From the human T2T-CHM13v2.0 reference genome, Homo sapiens, in assembly GCF_009914755.1 (NCBI RefSeq), contig NC_060937.1: a stretch of DNA of 64,000 nt. One strand, written 5' to 3'. The position numbers were made by a program, and so were the translations under genes. Of the stretch, positions 29,587-44,742 are shown piece after piece (within the stretch, counting starts at the first letter, position 1; each line of letters opens with the position of its first letter). The notes below the pieces were generated by a model. It was not told the origin of the DNA and did not search any database. It was given only the letters and a program-made list of their open reading frames with translations.

Positions 29587-29908
29587 TTTTTGTTTTGTTT
29601 TGTTTTGTTTTGTTTTGTTTTGTTTTTGAGACAGAATTTTGCTCTTGTCGCCCAGGCTGGTGTGCAGTGGTGCAACCTCAGCTCACTGCAACCTCTGCCT
29701 CCAGGTTCAAGCAATTCTCTGCCTCAGCCTCCCAAGTAGCTGGGATTACAGGCGGGCGCCACCACGCCCAGCTAATTTTTGTATTGTTAGTAAAGATGGG
29801 GTTTCACTACGTTGGCTGAGCTGTTCTCGAACTCCTGACCTCAAATGATCCACCCACTTCGGCTTCCCAAAGTGCTGGGATTACAGGAGTGACCCACTGC
29901 GCCTGGCC
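29587..29908 (-). mobile_element. AluS (Sp/Sq-like) with (TTTTG)n tail
   Basis: ttttgctcttgtcgcccagg diagnostic; short TSD aggg(t/c)ttt. Confidence 0.93.
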
Positions 29909-30199
29909 AGGGCTTTATAATCTCATTATTGAAAAGGAATATACTAGGGCATCAATATTAGTGTTATAACTCTAATTTTCCATGTGAGCCAATTAGATGA
30001 TCATCACCAGCTTGAATTAATTCAACAGCCTCTGAATTGGCCTTTGAATCCAATCTTACCCATTTTAAGTTATGCTACATACTATAGCAAGAATATTGTC
30101 ATAAAGCAGTGGTTTACAAACATTTAGAAAAATATATGAGCAAGCATTTCCAATAAATGCGTATTTTATTTCCTGAACTATTACATGGAAGATAGTTAT

Positions 30200-30377
30200 G
30201 ATTTTAATGGCTTCACGTGCATGTGAGATAAATAGTTGCATAGGGCCCCATATTTAGGAGGCTCTTGCCTTTGGCTTAATGCTTACCTTTTGCTATTTTA
30301 AAATTAGTAGTTTTTGAATAAAAGGCCCCACATTTTCATTTTGCACTGGGCCTTGCAAATTATGTAACTACTTCTGT
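30200..30377. mobile_element. MER91A-like hAT MITE
   Basis: ggccccacattttcattttgcactgggccttgcaaattatgta. Confidence 0.75.
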
Positions 30378-30379
30378 TT

Positions 30380-30480
30380 CACATCATATGGCTGCTGTAA
30401 GAACTAAAAGAAACAACACAAGTAAAGTATCAGCACAGTGTCCTGTAGATAGTAATCCTTCAATAAATGTCAGCTGCCAG
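30380..30480 (+). mobile_element. MIR 3' fragment
   Basis: gtaaagtatcagcacagtgtcctg..tcaataaatgtcagct. Confidence 0.65.
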
Positions 30481-30735
30481 GCTTATTTCTATATTTAGTT
30501 ATTATTATTATTGTTGTTAGCATTATTAATCATACCACTTTAGTCAATATCACTCAATTATGCTATGCTCATTATTTACTCTTTCTTCAATGCAGAAGCA
30601 TTACTTTTTATTATGTGTGAGATGGTGTGCTAGGAAATGTATTAAAATCACCTACTTTTCTGTATTTTCTATTAGACCATAACATTTTTGAATAAAAGGA
30701 GCTTATCATGTTCATTTTAATAACCTCATGCTTAC

Positions 30736-30774
30736 CAAATATAATTGCTCCATAATTATTTGTTAGAAAAGTGT
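30736..30774 (-). CDS. Candidate 39-nt exon
   Basis: aatattcag|ACAC...ATTTG|gtaagc; only open frame TFLTNNYGAIIF, phase 1 to 1. Confidence 0.35.
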
Positions 30775-31669
30775 CTGAATATTTTTGAAAGCACATTATA
30801 AGATATAATATCATATAAAATTATAACTACTTTTATTATTCACTTATTTAATTATGTATTCAGTGACTTACTATTTAGCTTGCACTTTGGTTTTGTCCAT
30901 CTGTCCTCCCTCTTGGTAAGTATTGCTAAGAGCATAGTCCTTTTAAATATTATAAGGCATCATATATGCTATAGCCATTAGGACCTAGGCAAAATTCTCA
31001 AATTTTTAACACTTCAAATTGTCAGGTTATAATGAAATAGGTCATTGAGGCAGTTGCATTATCTTGCAAAAATGAAATCCCTCAATTATACCACTAGGAA
31101 CACATCATTTCCACTAATAACATGATGTCATGGTGTCCGATAATACATAGAACTTAAGTAATTCTAAAACTTTAGGCTTCTCCTGCCATGATGTACAAAT
31201 ATCACATTACATTTGTGTTCAGTTTTTTAAGAAGATGGTTTCTGTCATAGCAAAGAAAGAATAAAGGCCATTTTGCTTTAAAAGCATTTTCTATTCAGAA
31301 GCTCAACATTTAACTTTAAATATCTCCACTTAAAGAAAGGGCCCAATTAAATTGAGAGTTCTTCCGAAACTCAGACTTATTAGAAATATCAAGAAATTAT
31401 CACCAAGAAATCTGAATTTTTACCTTCAATTTTTAGACTCTATGTGCTCAATAGTTCATACAATGCTTACATGCTTATAAGGTGTTTAATTCTCTGCACT
31501 GGGTAAAAGATTAATAGCTGAATTATGTAGATATTACCATTTAAGAGATTGTAATTTTCTAGAAAACATTAATTAGGTGTTGCTGCACAGGAATTGGTCT
31601 ACCTGAAACTCTTTTTTTTTTTTTTTTTTTTCCCCACAATTATGCCACAGGGTATTTAAGGTTTTTGCC

Positions 31670-31860
31670 TTGGAAGTGAAACAGAGCTGGGATTGAATTC
31701 TGAATCAACAGTTTACAAGCTATACTGGCTTAGGCAAGTTATTGAACTACTCTGAGCCTTTATATTTCCTCTGTAAAACAGAGCTAATAATACCTGTAGC
31801 ACAAAGTTGTGGAGATTAAATGAGATGAGGTACATAAAAAGTACTGAACACAATGCCTAT
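31670..31860 (+). mobile_element. MIR
   Basis: Core ggcaagttattgaactactctgagcct..ttcctctgtaaaa. Confidence 0.85.
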
Positions 31861-32806
31861 CAGTATTAATGTTTTACTATTGATATAATTGTTATTTAAG
31901 CTCCAATTCTGTGAGAAAGGCAGTAAAAGTTTTGAAGCTAAGAAAACAAATACAGAGCTTGCAAAGAATGTAACCACTGGTTTGAATCTAGATAAGAAAT
32001 GTAGAGATAAGAGAATTAGAGCTTTGCTGATGTGCTGGCATTACCTGGCATGTTGTGATGAGGTAGATAACAACAGCAACAATAATAATAATAGCTACCA
32101 TTTACTAATGTCATATCGCGTGCCTTGTGTTTTATATTAATTGTTAGGTAATCTTCAAAACACCTTATGATGCAGCATGAATGTGTGGATAAAGAAAGAG
32201 AAGTTCTAAAATCATTCAAACTTTAAAAGGCTATTTTTGAGAAATTCCAGAATAAATGAAAATTGTAGTCAAGTTCCTAATCAAGTGAAAGTGGGTTGAA
32301 ACCTAAATGAGGCGTGATACATCTGTGATTATAATTTATTTGGCAATGGATGCGGGGGTGGATTTAGAAAGAAAATCTATTTTATCTGTCTGGGTTTATA
32401 ATATGCAGATCCTAAACTTGTTATAAATATTACATGGTTAAAAAATACTGTAAATGAGAACAAAAAGTTAAATTCTTATTAATTTTAACATTTAATTATT
32501 AAAGTGAATAATATTTTTTTCTAATTTAAGATAAAAAAGAATTACTGGAAACCACAAACTGTTTAAAGCAGGTACAAATAAATATAATCATTTTAAGTGT
32601 ATTGACTATATGTTCAAAGAATATATCTTGTTTTTTTGTGTGCCAGGGCCTATATGTAGAGGCAGAGTCACCTATACCAGTCAGCATTGACATCTGTTGA
32701 CAGCAGTGTATTCTAAGTGTATTAGTGTATATGCATACATGTATGTAAAAGACCATTTAATTTGAAATTCATTTTAATTAATTTTTTCAAAATTCACTGT
32801 TTTAAT

Positions 32807-32948
32807 GGCCAGGCGTGGTGGCTCATGCCTGTAATCCCAACACTTTGGGAGGCCAAGGTGGGCGGATCACAAGGTCAGGAGATCGCGACCATCCTGGCTA
32901 ACATGGTGTGAAACCCCGTCTCTACTAAAAATACAAGAAATAAAAATA
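32807..32948 (+). mobile_element. Alu left monomer only (AluY/Sc-type diagnostics)
   Basis: Perfect 18-bp TSD AAAATTCACTGTTTTAAT at 32789-32806 and 32949-32966. Confidence 0.95.
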
Positions 32949-33112
32949 AAAATTCACTGTTTTAATAATGCAAGTTTCCCCATTTTCGCCTCACATTCAG
33001 ATGTCTAAAACCCAATTTTAAATTTAGACAAGGAACACGAGTTGCTGAATTTCCAGAGGAAATCAGCAATTCTGGACTCTTCACAGACTTCCATTTTGTA
33101 TTAAATGCTTAC

Positions 33113-33202
33113 TCGGATCTTTTTTTATAACAATGAAGTTTATTTCCTTGCAAAGAAAAGTGGATGCAAGTATGAAGTTTTGAAGGAACACCATGAGTAT
33201 CT
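33113..33202 (-). CDS. Candidate 90-nt exon
   Basis: ctttgcctttatag|...CCGA|gtaagc; open in two frames (ILMVFLQNFILASTFLCKEINFIVIKKDP or DTHGVPSKLHTC...). Confidence 0.45.
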
Positions 33203-33352
33203 CTATAAAGGCAAAGCCATGTACCGTTTTACAGAAAAGTCTATGAATGCACCAAGTTTGTAGTAGTCCTGGTTGAAAATTTGCAAATGCCATATTTTTA
33301 AAGTTACTTTTCAGTTACTATTTCAAACAGAATTACAAATTTTTTTCATTAC

Positions 33353-33496
33353 CACACGACTTGAACAATGTTAAATACACCTGAGAAGAAATATTCTCTT
33401 TTGTCTGACCATGTGGGTAATAAAGAAATAACTGTTGCAGCTAGTTTTAGGGATAGATAAAAATTCTTGTAATTTGTTTCCTCCTGAAGCAAATCT
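33353..33496 (-). CDS. Candidate exon (144 nt, or shorter using the cag|gtgtat donor near 33381)
   Basis: ctttttgccaattag|; donor gtg|gtaatg; open frame DLLQEETNYKNFYLSLKLAATVISLLPTWSDKREYFFS(GVFNIVQVV). Confidence 0.4.
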
Positions 33497-33759
33497 CTAA
33501 TTGGCAAAAAGTACTTGTGATAGCTTTTCATCTATAAAGAATGATAACTTCTCAAACTCTTCCAATGATCACAGTAGTATAAAAAGGGAGTGATTGAAGT
33601 CAGTAAGCTGTATAAATGAATTGTAAATTTATTTCTAGAAAAGTTTTCATTAAAAATCAACTATGCTATTTGTTCTAAAATAATAGCTAAGTTTTTAAAA
33701 TAATTAGCCTAGCTTTGAAAATACTTACTTTGACTTGTGTATAATGCCCATATTTCTAA

Positions 33760-34047
<288 letters not shown>

Positions 34048-34524
34048 GTAATGAGTCATTTTTAATTGCTGATCAAGAAAATATTAGGTGGGGGACTCTA
34101 TCTGGGGTGTTAAATCTACGAAGCTGAATAAGACATTGCTGCCGTCAATGGGCTTATATTTAGGGGGGGAAATGGCAGACATAAAATATAGCTCAAGTAT
34201 AGTATGATAAGCCTTAACAAAATACATAGATTTTGTGTAAATGGCACCAAGAAGAGACTTGGTTGTTAATAGTTTGCTCTTTTAGCTAACCCATGTAGGT
34301 GGCCGAAGAAATATCAAGTAAATATAAAATGTAAAATGAAGAGACATTTTGAGACAAGTTGAATTACTTGTGAGGAGGCAGTCCCTCAACTCTCAATTTA
34401 ACTCTCAAATGTGACTGCAGACGATTATTGCAAGCAAACAAATCAGTAGCCACTTCAAAGGGGAAACAATATCCAATCTGTACTTAGAAGTCATCTGTAG
34501 TTTTCAATTAAACTGGTATCTTAC

Positions 34525-34645
34525 TCAACTTATTTTGGTTGGCGTCTATAGTTACTTTTGGTATATTTAAAATCCATACAACATTGGCATGAAACCGTTG
34601 CCTACCGCATAGTTCTCCAGACAAACATTTGCTAATAACATTCCC
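34525..34645 (-). other. Candidate 121-nt exon (phase does not join the chain without a frameshift)
   Basis: gtcgtattaag|...TTGA|gtaaga; one fully open frame GNVISKCLSGELCGRQRFHANVVWILNIPKVTIDANQNKL; several CpGs. Confidence 0.3.
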
Positions 34646-34849
34646 CTTAATACGACAGAATACATAATTTTGAGAAAATAGTCTCCAAAAATGTTTTGTG
34701 GGATTATCTGTTAAGGCTAACTATATGCCTCAACATATTTTTGACAAATTATCATGGATACTTGGAGAAAAAAAAAAGGGCATGTATTTATTTCATTGTA
34801 TTAAATAAAGGAGTTTAGTTAAACTATTAAGGGAAAATATTTTTTAAAA

Positions 34850-34976
34850 TTGTTTTTGTTTGTTTATTTTGATACAAGGTTTCACTATGTTGCCCAGGCT
34901 AATCTCAAACTCCAGGGCTCAAACAATCCTCCTGGCTCAGCCTCTCACGTAGCTGGGATTGCTCCACATCTAGCCT
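34850..34976 (-). mobile_element. FLAM-type Alu monomer
   Basis: ttcactatgttgcccaggctaatctcaaactccagggctcaaacaatcctcc. Confidence 0.8.
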
Positions 34977-35190
34977 AAAATAAATGTTTAATAGACACAA
35001 AGTACAAAGGGCAAAATTATCTCCTCAGTGTGCTCACTAGGAAACTATCTTTGTTAACATTGCAGAACTGTGTGTAGCCAACTACAAGTCCATTTATTAA
35101 TTTTAAAGGGAACTTTTAAAGAAAAAACAAGAAGACATCCACTATGAGGAAACATTAATTGGTAACTAATAATCTTAAAAATTAGAAATC

Positions 35191-35492
<302 letters not shown>

Positions 35493-35884
35493 TCATGTTT
35501 ACTCATGCTCAAAGGTGCCATATAAGAATAACAAAACTCTGATTGTCCTCCTATAAAATAATTGTATTTTAATCACTATGGATTACTAATTGCATTTCCT
35601 ACAAGGCAGAATACTAAACATTAGTAGAATTTTGTTTTGCTTTTAATAATCTTTTGTTTTGTATTGTTTTTAATAATCTTGGATAAATGGTGGATTAAAG
35701 GCTTTCAACATGTTTCAAATACTTGGAAACAGCAAGATAGTATATAAAGATTAACCCTGTGGGCTTTAATTCAAGAAGAAAATTGTGAATCTACTGGAAT
35801 CATGAAAGACATACCATATCTTAGAGAGGAGAATGTTAGCAAATGGACCCTGTGATGATGTTGATTGATAAAAAGATCTCTGTG

Positions 35885-38800
35885 CTGATTGGCCATCTCT
35901 GCTTCATGCAGATCCCCAGGCATTTGGAATACCCACTTATCTGGTTCATCAGCCTGAGCTGCCGCATTCTTCCTGGCCATAGATCTTGGTGCAGCAAGGC
36001 TTTCTTTGCTCCACGACCAGGCAGATCTCCAGGCATCTGGAGTGCCCTCTCTCTGAATTAGAAGTTTGGGCCATCTCCCATTCCTGTCCAGAGAACTTGG
36101 AGCTGAGGTGGTTTTTCAGCTCCATGCGTAGGCACACCTTTGGGCACTTGGTGGCTGCCGATTGGGTTCTTCCTTGGCACTGATGTTTGTGCCTGCCATC
36201 AAGAGACCTGTAGGTGAACTGGCCTAGCCTGGCCCCTTGGAGCTGAGTAGGGCACTCAAACCACTATATATTCCATGAATCAGCCCATTACCTGAGGCAA
36301 CAGAAAGTTTTTGCCAGTAAACAAGGTTCATGCTTTATACCCGGTTACATTGGCCTCAGCCGTCTCTTACCTATAAGGTCCATCAATGGGCTTATAGGTC
36401 AAACTGCACAGCCCAATAGAAAACCTCCCAAAATAAGTGATATAGAGCTATAGAAAAAAAGCAAAAAGACCCTACTCAGCATTCTCTAGAGTTGCACCTT
36501 CTAGGGATGGGGAAAAATGGAAAGGGGAAAAATTCAAAAATATTACAGAGAAAGAAAGACATTTTAAAAACTCTACCTTCATGAAAATAACTACAAAAAT
36601 TAGAAATGCCAGTGTTTCCAGATGAGAAGGAACCAGTGGTGACAATTCTTGCACCATGAAAAATCTGAGTGTAGTGATACTACCAAAGGATTGCATTAGC
36701 CCTCCAGCATTGATCTGAACTCAGAAATGAAATATAAAGAATTCAAAACATGGATTGTAAGGACGCTCAATGAGATCCAAGACAAAGTTGAAAATAAACA
36801 CAAATAAATTTCTAAAGAAATCCAGAAAATGAAGGAAGAGATGCATATCATAAGAAGAAATCAATCAGAGCTTCTGGAATTGAAAAACTCATCTTAGAAA
36901 TTTCAAAATCTAGTTGAAAGTCTTATCAACAGACTGGACCATGCATAAGAAAAAATTTGAGAGATTGAAGACTTGTCTTTTGAACCAAACCAGTCAGCCA
37001 AAAATAAAGAAAAAAGAATTTTTAAAAATTAACAAAGTCTGCAAGAAATGTGGAATTATATAAAGTGACCAAACCTATGAATTATTGGCATTCCTGAAAG
37101 AGAAGGAGAACGAACAAACAACCTGGAAAACATGTTTGAGGGACTAATTTCAGAAAACTTCCATAATCTTACTTGAAAGTTAGATATTCAAGTACTAGAA
37201 ATCCAGAGCACATCTTTGAGACATCACTAAGGCGTATAGTCAAAAGACTGTCCAAGATCAATGGCAAAAATATCTTAAAGGCAACTAGAGAAAGTCAGAT
37301 CACATACAAAGAGGACCCCATCAGCAGACTTCTTAGTAGAAACCTTACAATCCAGGAAGAATTGGGGGCTTATTTTCAGCATTCTTAAAGAAAATAACTT
37401 TTAAACAAGTATTTCATTTTCCACCAAACAAAGCTTCATAAATGAAAGAGAAATAAAATACTTTCCAGATGAGCAAATGCTTAGGGAATTTATTACTATA
37501 AGAATAGCCTTAGAAGAGATCCTAAAAGGTGTTTCATACATGAAAACAAAAGAATGATACCTGATACCACAAAAACATACATAAGTACATATCTTGCTTA
37601 CCCTATAAAGCAATGACACAATAGAAACTACAAAACAAGTAGCTAACAACTTTATGATAGCATCGAAACCTCACATATCAGTATTAACCTTGAATGTAAA
37701 TGGCCTAAATTTAAAAGGCACAGAGTGACAAGTTGTATAAAAAAACAAGACTCATTCATCTGCTACCTTCAAGAGATCCATCTTACACATAAAAACACCT
37801 ATAGGCTCAAAGCAAAGGGATAGAGAAAAATCTACCATGCAAACGAAAAACAAAAAAGAGTAAGGGCCATCATTCTTATATCAGATTAAACAAACTTAAT
37901 ACCAACAGCAGTAAACAAGATTAAAAAGGGCATTAAATAATAATAAAGTATTCAACAAGAGGACTTAAGTATTCTAAATATATCTGCACCTGACCTTGGA
38001 GCACCCAGATTCATAAAACAAGTACTTTTAGAGATAAGAGAACACTTAGCCACACAATAATAGTGGGGACTTCAACACCCCACTGAGAGCATTAGACAGA
38101 TCACCAAGACATAAAACTAAGAAGAAATTTTAGAATAAACTCAACACTTGACCAATTGGACCTACTAGACGTATAAAGAATACTCCATTCATCAAGCAAA
38201 GGATATACATTCCTCTTACTTGCTCACAGAACATACTTCAAGATTAGCCACATGCCAAGAGAAGGAAATAAAGGGTATTCAAATAGGAAGAGAGGAAGTC
38301 AAATTGTCTTTGCAGATGACATGATCCTATATCTAGAAAACCCCTTCGACTCAGCCCAAGAGTTTGTTACGCTGATAAGCAACTTCAGCAAAGTGTCAGG
38401 ATACAAACAATGTGCTGAAATCACAAGCATTCTTAAACATCAACAACAGACATGTAGAAAGCCAAATCATGAATGAACTCCCATTCACAACTGCCCCAAA
38501 GAGAAATAAATACCTAGGAATACAGCTAACAAGGGAAGTGAAGGACCTTTTCAAGGATAACTACAAATCACTGCTCAAGGAAATCAGAGAGGATATAAGC
38601 AGATGGGAAAACATTCCATGCTCATGGATAAGAAGGATCACTGTTGTGCAAATGGCCATACTATCCAAAGCAATTTATAGAATCAATGTTACTCTTATTA
38701 CACTACCACTGATAGTCTTCACAGAATTAGAAAAAGCAATTTTAAAATTGATATGGAATCAAAAAAGAACTTGCATAGCCAAAACAATCCTAAGAAAAAG

Positions 38801-41800
38801 AACAATGCTGGAGGCATCACACTCCTGACTTCAAACTGTACTACAAGGCTATAGTAACCAAAACTGTATGATTCTGGTACAAAAACAGGGACATAGACCA
38901 AAGGAACAGAATCAAGAACTCAGAAATAAAACTCCACGTCTACAACCATCTGATCTTCAACAAACCCAACAAAAACAAGCAATGGGGTAAGGATTCCCTA
39001 TGTAATAATTGGTGCTGGGAGAACTGGCTAGCCATACGCAGAAAATAAAACCTGGACCCTTCCTTACACCTTACACAAAAATTACCTCAAGATGGATTAA
39101 AGACTTACATGTAAAACCCAAAACTATAAAAACCCTAAAAGAAAATCTAGGCAATACCATTCAGGACATAGGCATAGGCAAAGACTTTATGATGAAATTG
39201 CCAAAAGCAATTGCAACAAAAGCAAAAATTGACAAATGGGATCTAATTAAACTGAAGAGCTTCTGCACAGCAAATGAAACTATCATCAGAGCAAACAGAC
39301 AACCTACACAATGGGAGAAAATTTTTGCAGTCTATCTGTCTAAAAAACGGCTAATACCCAGGATCTACAAAGCCCTTAAGCAAATTTACAAGGACCAAAC
39401 AAACAACCCCATCAAGAAATGGACAAAGGATGTGAGCAGACACTTCTCAAAAAGAGACATATATGGGGCCAACAAACATATGAAAAAAATCTCAGCATCT
39501 CCGATCATTAGAGAAATATAAACCAAAATCACAATGAGATATCATCCCACGCCAGTCAGAAGGGCAATCATTAAAAAGTCAAGAATCAACAGTTGCTGGC
39601 GAGGTTGCAGAGAAATAGGAACACTTTTGCACCATTGGTGGGGGTGTAAATTAGTTCAACAATTGTGGAAGACAGTGCAGCAATTCCTCAAAGACTTAGA
39701 ACCAGAAATACCATTTGACCTAACAATCTTATTACTGGGTATATACCTAAAGTAATAAAAATCATTCTATTATAATGATACATGTATGTGTATGTTTATT
39801 ACAGCACTATTCACAATAGCAAAGATATGGAATCAACCCAAACGCTTATCAGTGATAGACTGGATAAAGAAACTGTGGTACATATACAACATGGAATACT
39901 ATACAGCCATAAAAAGGAATGAGATCATATCCTTTGCAGGGACATGGATGAAGCTGAAAGCCATTATTCTCAGCAAACTAACACAGGAACAGAACACCAC
40001 ATGTTCTCACTTATAAGTGGGAGTTGAACAATGAGAACACATGGACACAGGGAGGGGAATAACACTTAATGGGGCCTGTCAGAGGAGGGCTGGAAGTGAG
40101 AGCATTAGGGAAAAGAGCTAATGCATGCTGGGCTAAATACCTAGATGATGGATTGATCAGTGCAACAAACCACCATGGCACAAGTTTACCTATGTAACAA
40201 ACATGCACATCCTGCACATGTACCCTGCAACTTAAAAATAAACAAAACAATAAAATAATTATTTAAAAAAAGATTAACCACATGCTTGGCCATAAAGCAA
40301 GTCTCAATACATTAAAAAAAATCAAAAGCATGCCAACCATTCTCCCAGACCACAATGGAATAAAAACAGAAGTCCATACCACAAGATCTCTTCAAACCAC
40401 GGAATGACATAGAAATTAAACAAGTTGCACCTGAATGACTTTGGGGTAAACAACAAAATCAAGGCAGAAATTTTTAAAATTCTTTGAAATAAATGTACAG
40501 AGACACAACATGCTAAAATTTCTGGGATGCAGCAAAAGCAGTGTTAAGAGGAAAGTTTACAGCACTAAATGCCTTCCTCATAAAGTTAGAAAGATTTCAA
40601 ATTAATACTCTAATATCACAGCCAGAGGAACTAGAAAAACAAGAACAAACTAAGCCTAAAGTGAGCAGTTAAAAAAAAAGGGGGGGGAACTATAAACTCA
40701 AAGTGGAACTGAAGAAAAGTGAGATCCAGAAATTTATACAAAGAATCAACAAAACCAAATGTTGAGTCTTTGAAAGGATAAACAAGATCAATAGAACATT
40801 AGCTAGATTAACAAAGAAAAAAAGAGAAGATCCAAGTAGCACAATCAGAAATGACAAAGGTCACATCACAACTGATTCCACAGAACTACAAATGATTCTC
40901 AGAGACTATTATGCACACCACTATGGACAAAAACTAGAAAATCAGTGGAAATTGATAAATTATTAGAAACATATAATCTCCCAAGATTGACTCCAGAAGG
41001 AAATGAAACACCGAACAGATCAATGCTGAGTTTCAAATTTGAATTCGTAATAAAAAATCTACCAACCAAAAAAACGCCCAAACATGATGGATTCACTGCT
41101 GAATTCTACGAGATGTAAAATGGAGACGTAGTACCAATTCTACTGAAACTGTTCCAAAAAATTCAGGAGGAGGGACTACTCTTTAACTCATTCTATGAAG
41201 CCAGCATCACCCTTATACCAAAACTTGGCATAGAAAAAAACAAAAATAGAAAACTACAGGCCAATATCCCTGATCCCTGATAAGCATAGATGCAAAAATC
41301 TTTAACAAAATTCGAGCAAACTGAATTTAACAAAACATCAAAAAGTTAAATCACCATGATCACATAGGCTTCATTCTTGGAAAGCAAGTTTGGTTCAACA
41401 TATGCAAATCAATAAATGTGATTCACCACATGAAGAGAATCAAAGGCAAAAATCATATGTTCATCTCAATAGAAGCAGAAAAAGCTTTCAATAAGATCCA
41501 GCGTTCCTTCATGATAGAAACCCTCAACAAACCAGGTACTGAAGGAACATACCGTAAGATAAGAAGAATCATATATGTCAGACCCACGGTCAACATTACA
41601 CTGAATGAGCAACAACTAGAAGCATTCCCCTTGATATCTGGAACAAGACAAGGATACCCATTCTCACTACATCTATTCAAAATAGTACTGGAAGTGCTAG
41701 CCATAATAATAAGGCAAGAGAAAGAATTAAAAGACATCCAGATAGGAAAATAAGAAATCAAACTATCTCTCTTCAATGGCAATATGATTCTATACTTAGA

Positions 41801-43710
41801 AAACCTTAAGGACTATGCCAGAAAGCTATTAGAACTGATAATTTTAGCAAGGTTTCAGGATACAAAATAAATGTACAGAAATCAGTAGCATATCTATACA
41901 CCAATAACTTTCAAGCTGAGAGAAAAATAAAGAATGCACTCCATTTACAATAGCCATACAAAAAAAACAGACTATCTAGGAGTACATCTAACCGAAGAGG
42001 TGAAAAATCTTTACAAGATAAGCTACAAAACACTGCTAAAAGAAATTGTAGATGACGTGGATGGAAAAATGTTCCTTGATCATGGGTTGGAAGAATAATT
42101 ATCATTAAAATGGTCATACTACCCAGCAATTTACAGATTCAATTCTATTCACATCAAACTTCTAATGTCATTTTTCACACAATTGGAAAAAAGCTATGCT
42201 AAAATTTATGTGGAATCAAAAGAGCTCAAGTAGCCAAAGCAATCCTAAGTAAAGAGAACAAAGCCAGAGTTATCATATTATCCAACTTCAAAGTATAATA
42301 TAAGTGACAGTAACCAAAACAGCATGGTTCTTGCACAAAATAGACACCTAGATCAATGGAACAGCATAGAGAACCCAGAAGTAAAACCACATACCTACAG
42401 CTATCTAATCTTTAACAAAATTTACAAAAATAATCAGTGGGGATTAATAAATGGTGCTGGGATAGCTGAATAGCCATACGCAGAAAATGAAGCTGGAGCC
42501 CTACTTTTCAACACATACAAAACTGAACTCAAGATGATATAAATATTAAAATGTAAGACCTCAAACTATAAGAATTCTAAAAGAATATCTAGGAAACACC
42601 ATTCTAGACATCAGACTTGGAAAAGAAGTTTTGGCTAAGTCCTCAAAAGCAGTTGCAACAAAAACAAAAATTGATAAATGGGACCTAATAAAAATTAACA
42701 GGTTCTGCACAGAAAAACAAACTATTAACAGAGTAAACAGACAGCCTACAGAATGGGAGAAAGTATTTGCAAACTATGCATTTGACAGTGGTTTAATATC
42801 CAGGATCATTAAGTAATTTAAACAATTGAACAAGCAAAAAACAAATAACTCCATTAATAAATGCACAAAAAATATGAACAGACGCTTCTTAAAAGAAGAC
42901 ACACAAGTGTCTAACAAACATATTTTTTTAAATGCTCAACATTGCTAATCATCAGAGAAATGTAAAGCAAAACCACAATGAGATACCATCTCACACTAGT
43001 CACAATGGCTACCATGAAAGTCAAAAAATGGCAGATTCTGGGAAGGCTGCAGATAAACGGGAATGTTTATACACTGTTGGTGGAAATGTAAATTTGTTCA
43101 GTCACTGTGGAAAGCAGTTTGAAGATTTCTCAAAAAACTTAGAACTACCATTCGACCCAGCAATCCTATTACTAGGTATGTAACCAAAAGAAAATAGATC
43201 ATTACACCAAAAGGAAACATGCACTCATATGTTCATATTCATGCTATTCACAGGAGCAAAGACAAAAAATCAATCTAGGGGCCCATTAATACTGGATTAG
43301 ATAAAGAAAATATGTTACATATACAATCATGGAATACTATACAGCCATAAAAAAGAACAAAATAATGTTATTTGCACCATCATGGATGCAGCTGGAGGTC
43401 ATTATCCTAAGTGAATTAATGCAAGAATAGAAAACCAAAGACTGCATGCTCTCATTTATAAGTGGAACCCAAATATTGGGTAGTCATAGAATAAAGATGG
43501 AAACTATAGACACTGGGAACTGCTAGAGGAGTCAGAGAGGGATAAGGCAAGGGTTGAAAGACTAACTGATTGGTACTATGCTCATTACCTGGGTGACAGG
43601 ATGATTTGTACCTCAAATCACAGCATTGTACAATATACCCAGGTAACACACCTACACATGTACCTCCTGAATCTAAAGTAAAAGTTGAATAAATAAATAA
43701 ATAAATATTT
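35885..43710 (+). mobile_element. Near full-length decayed L1PA15/16-like element
   Basis: 5' UTR repeats (cagatctccaggcatctggag), ORF1 ~36600-37560, ORF2 remnants, 3' end ggtactatgctcattacctgggtgacagg..aaaagttgaataaa. Confidence 0.92.
38256..40269 (+). mobile_element. 5'-truncated L1PA10-12-like element nested in the host ORF2 endonuclease region
   Basis: Starts just before FADD; 16-bp TSD AAGATTA(G/A)CCACATGC at 38240-38255 and 40270-40285. Confidence 0.93.
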
Positions 43711-43914
43711 CAAAACAGTAGTAGTGTATTTCAGTTTGGAATATAATGTGAAATGGTAAGTTAAACTTTAAGCTGAAATTAGTAAGGATTCATCATGCAC
43801 CGGATGCAGTCTGAAAATTATGTAATTAGGTGACTAGCTTGCATGTTTGTTTTGTTAGAAAAAAAAACTCCCTCTATAGGTATAATATTGATAACAAAAA
43901 ACATTAGATAGACT

Positions 43915-44251
43915 CAGGTTAAGCAACCTAATCCAAAAATACAAAACACAAATTTTTTGGAGCACCAACATGTCACCACAAGTGGAAATTCCTCACCTGA
44001 CGCTTTTGTTTTCTGATGATTCAAGGTACACAAAGTTTGTTTCATGTATAAAATTATTTAAAATATTGTATACAATTATCATCTGCTTATGTGTATAAAG
44101 TGTATATAAAACATAAATAAATTTTATGTTGACACTTGAGTTCCAGCACCAACATCTCATTGTTTACACACAAATATTCAAAAAATCTGAAAAATTCCAA
44201 AATCTGAAACATTTCTACGCCAAGCATTCTGAATAAGGAATACTCAACCAG
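43915..44251. mobile_element. Tigger4b/MER46-type MITE
   Basis: TIR-like caggttaagca.. / ..tactcaaccag-ta; ccacaagtggaaatt..cacctgac. Confidence 0.85.
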
Positions 44252-44385
44252 TAATATGTTAAATATTAACTGAATTTATAAGTTATGTTAATATAATTAG
44301 CTTGATCTTGATGATTGCAATTATTGACATAATCATTAAAATACTAATAAATATTTTTCAAGTGCAGATTACTCCAAAAATTTCC

Positions 44386-44742
<357 letters not shown>

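Noticed and set aside
38252-43183. ORFs resembling reverse transcriptase or zinc knuckle (also 23876, 45451, 46196)
   Set aside because: Fragments of decayed L1 ORF1/ORF2 with stops and frameshifts; no retrotransposition-competent element
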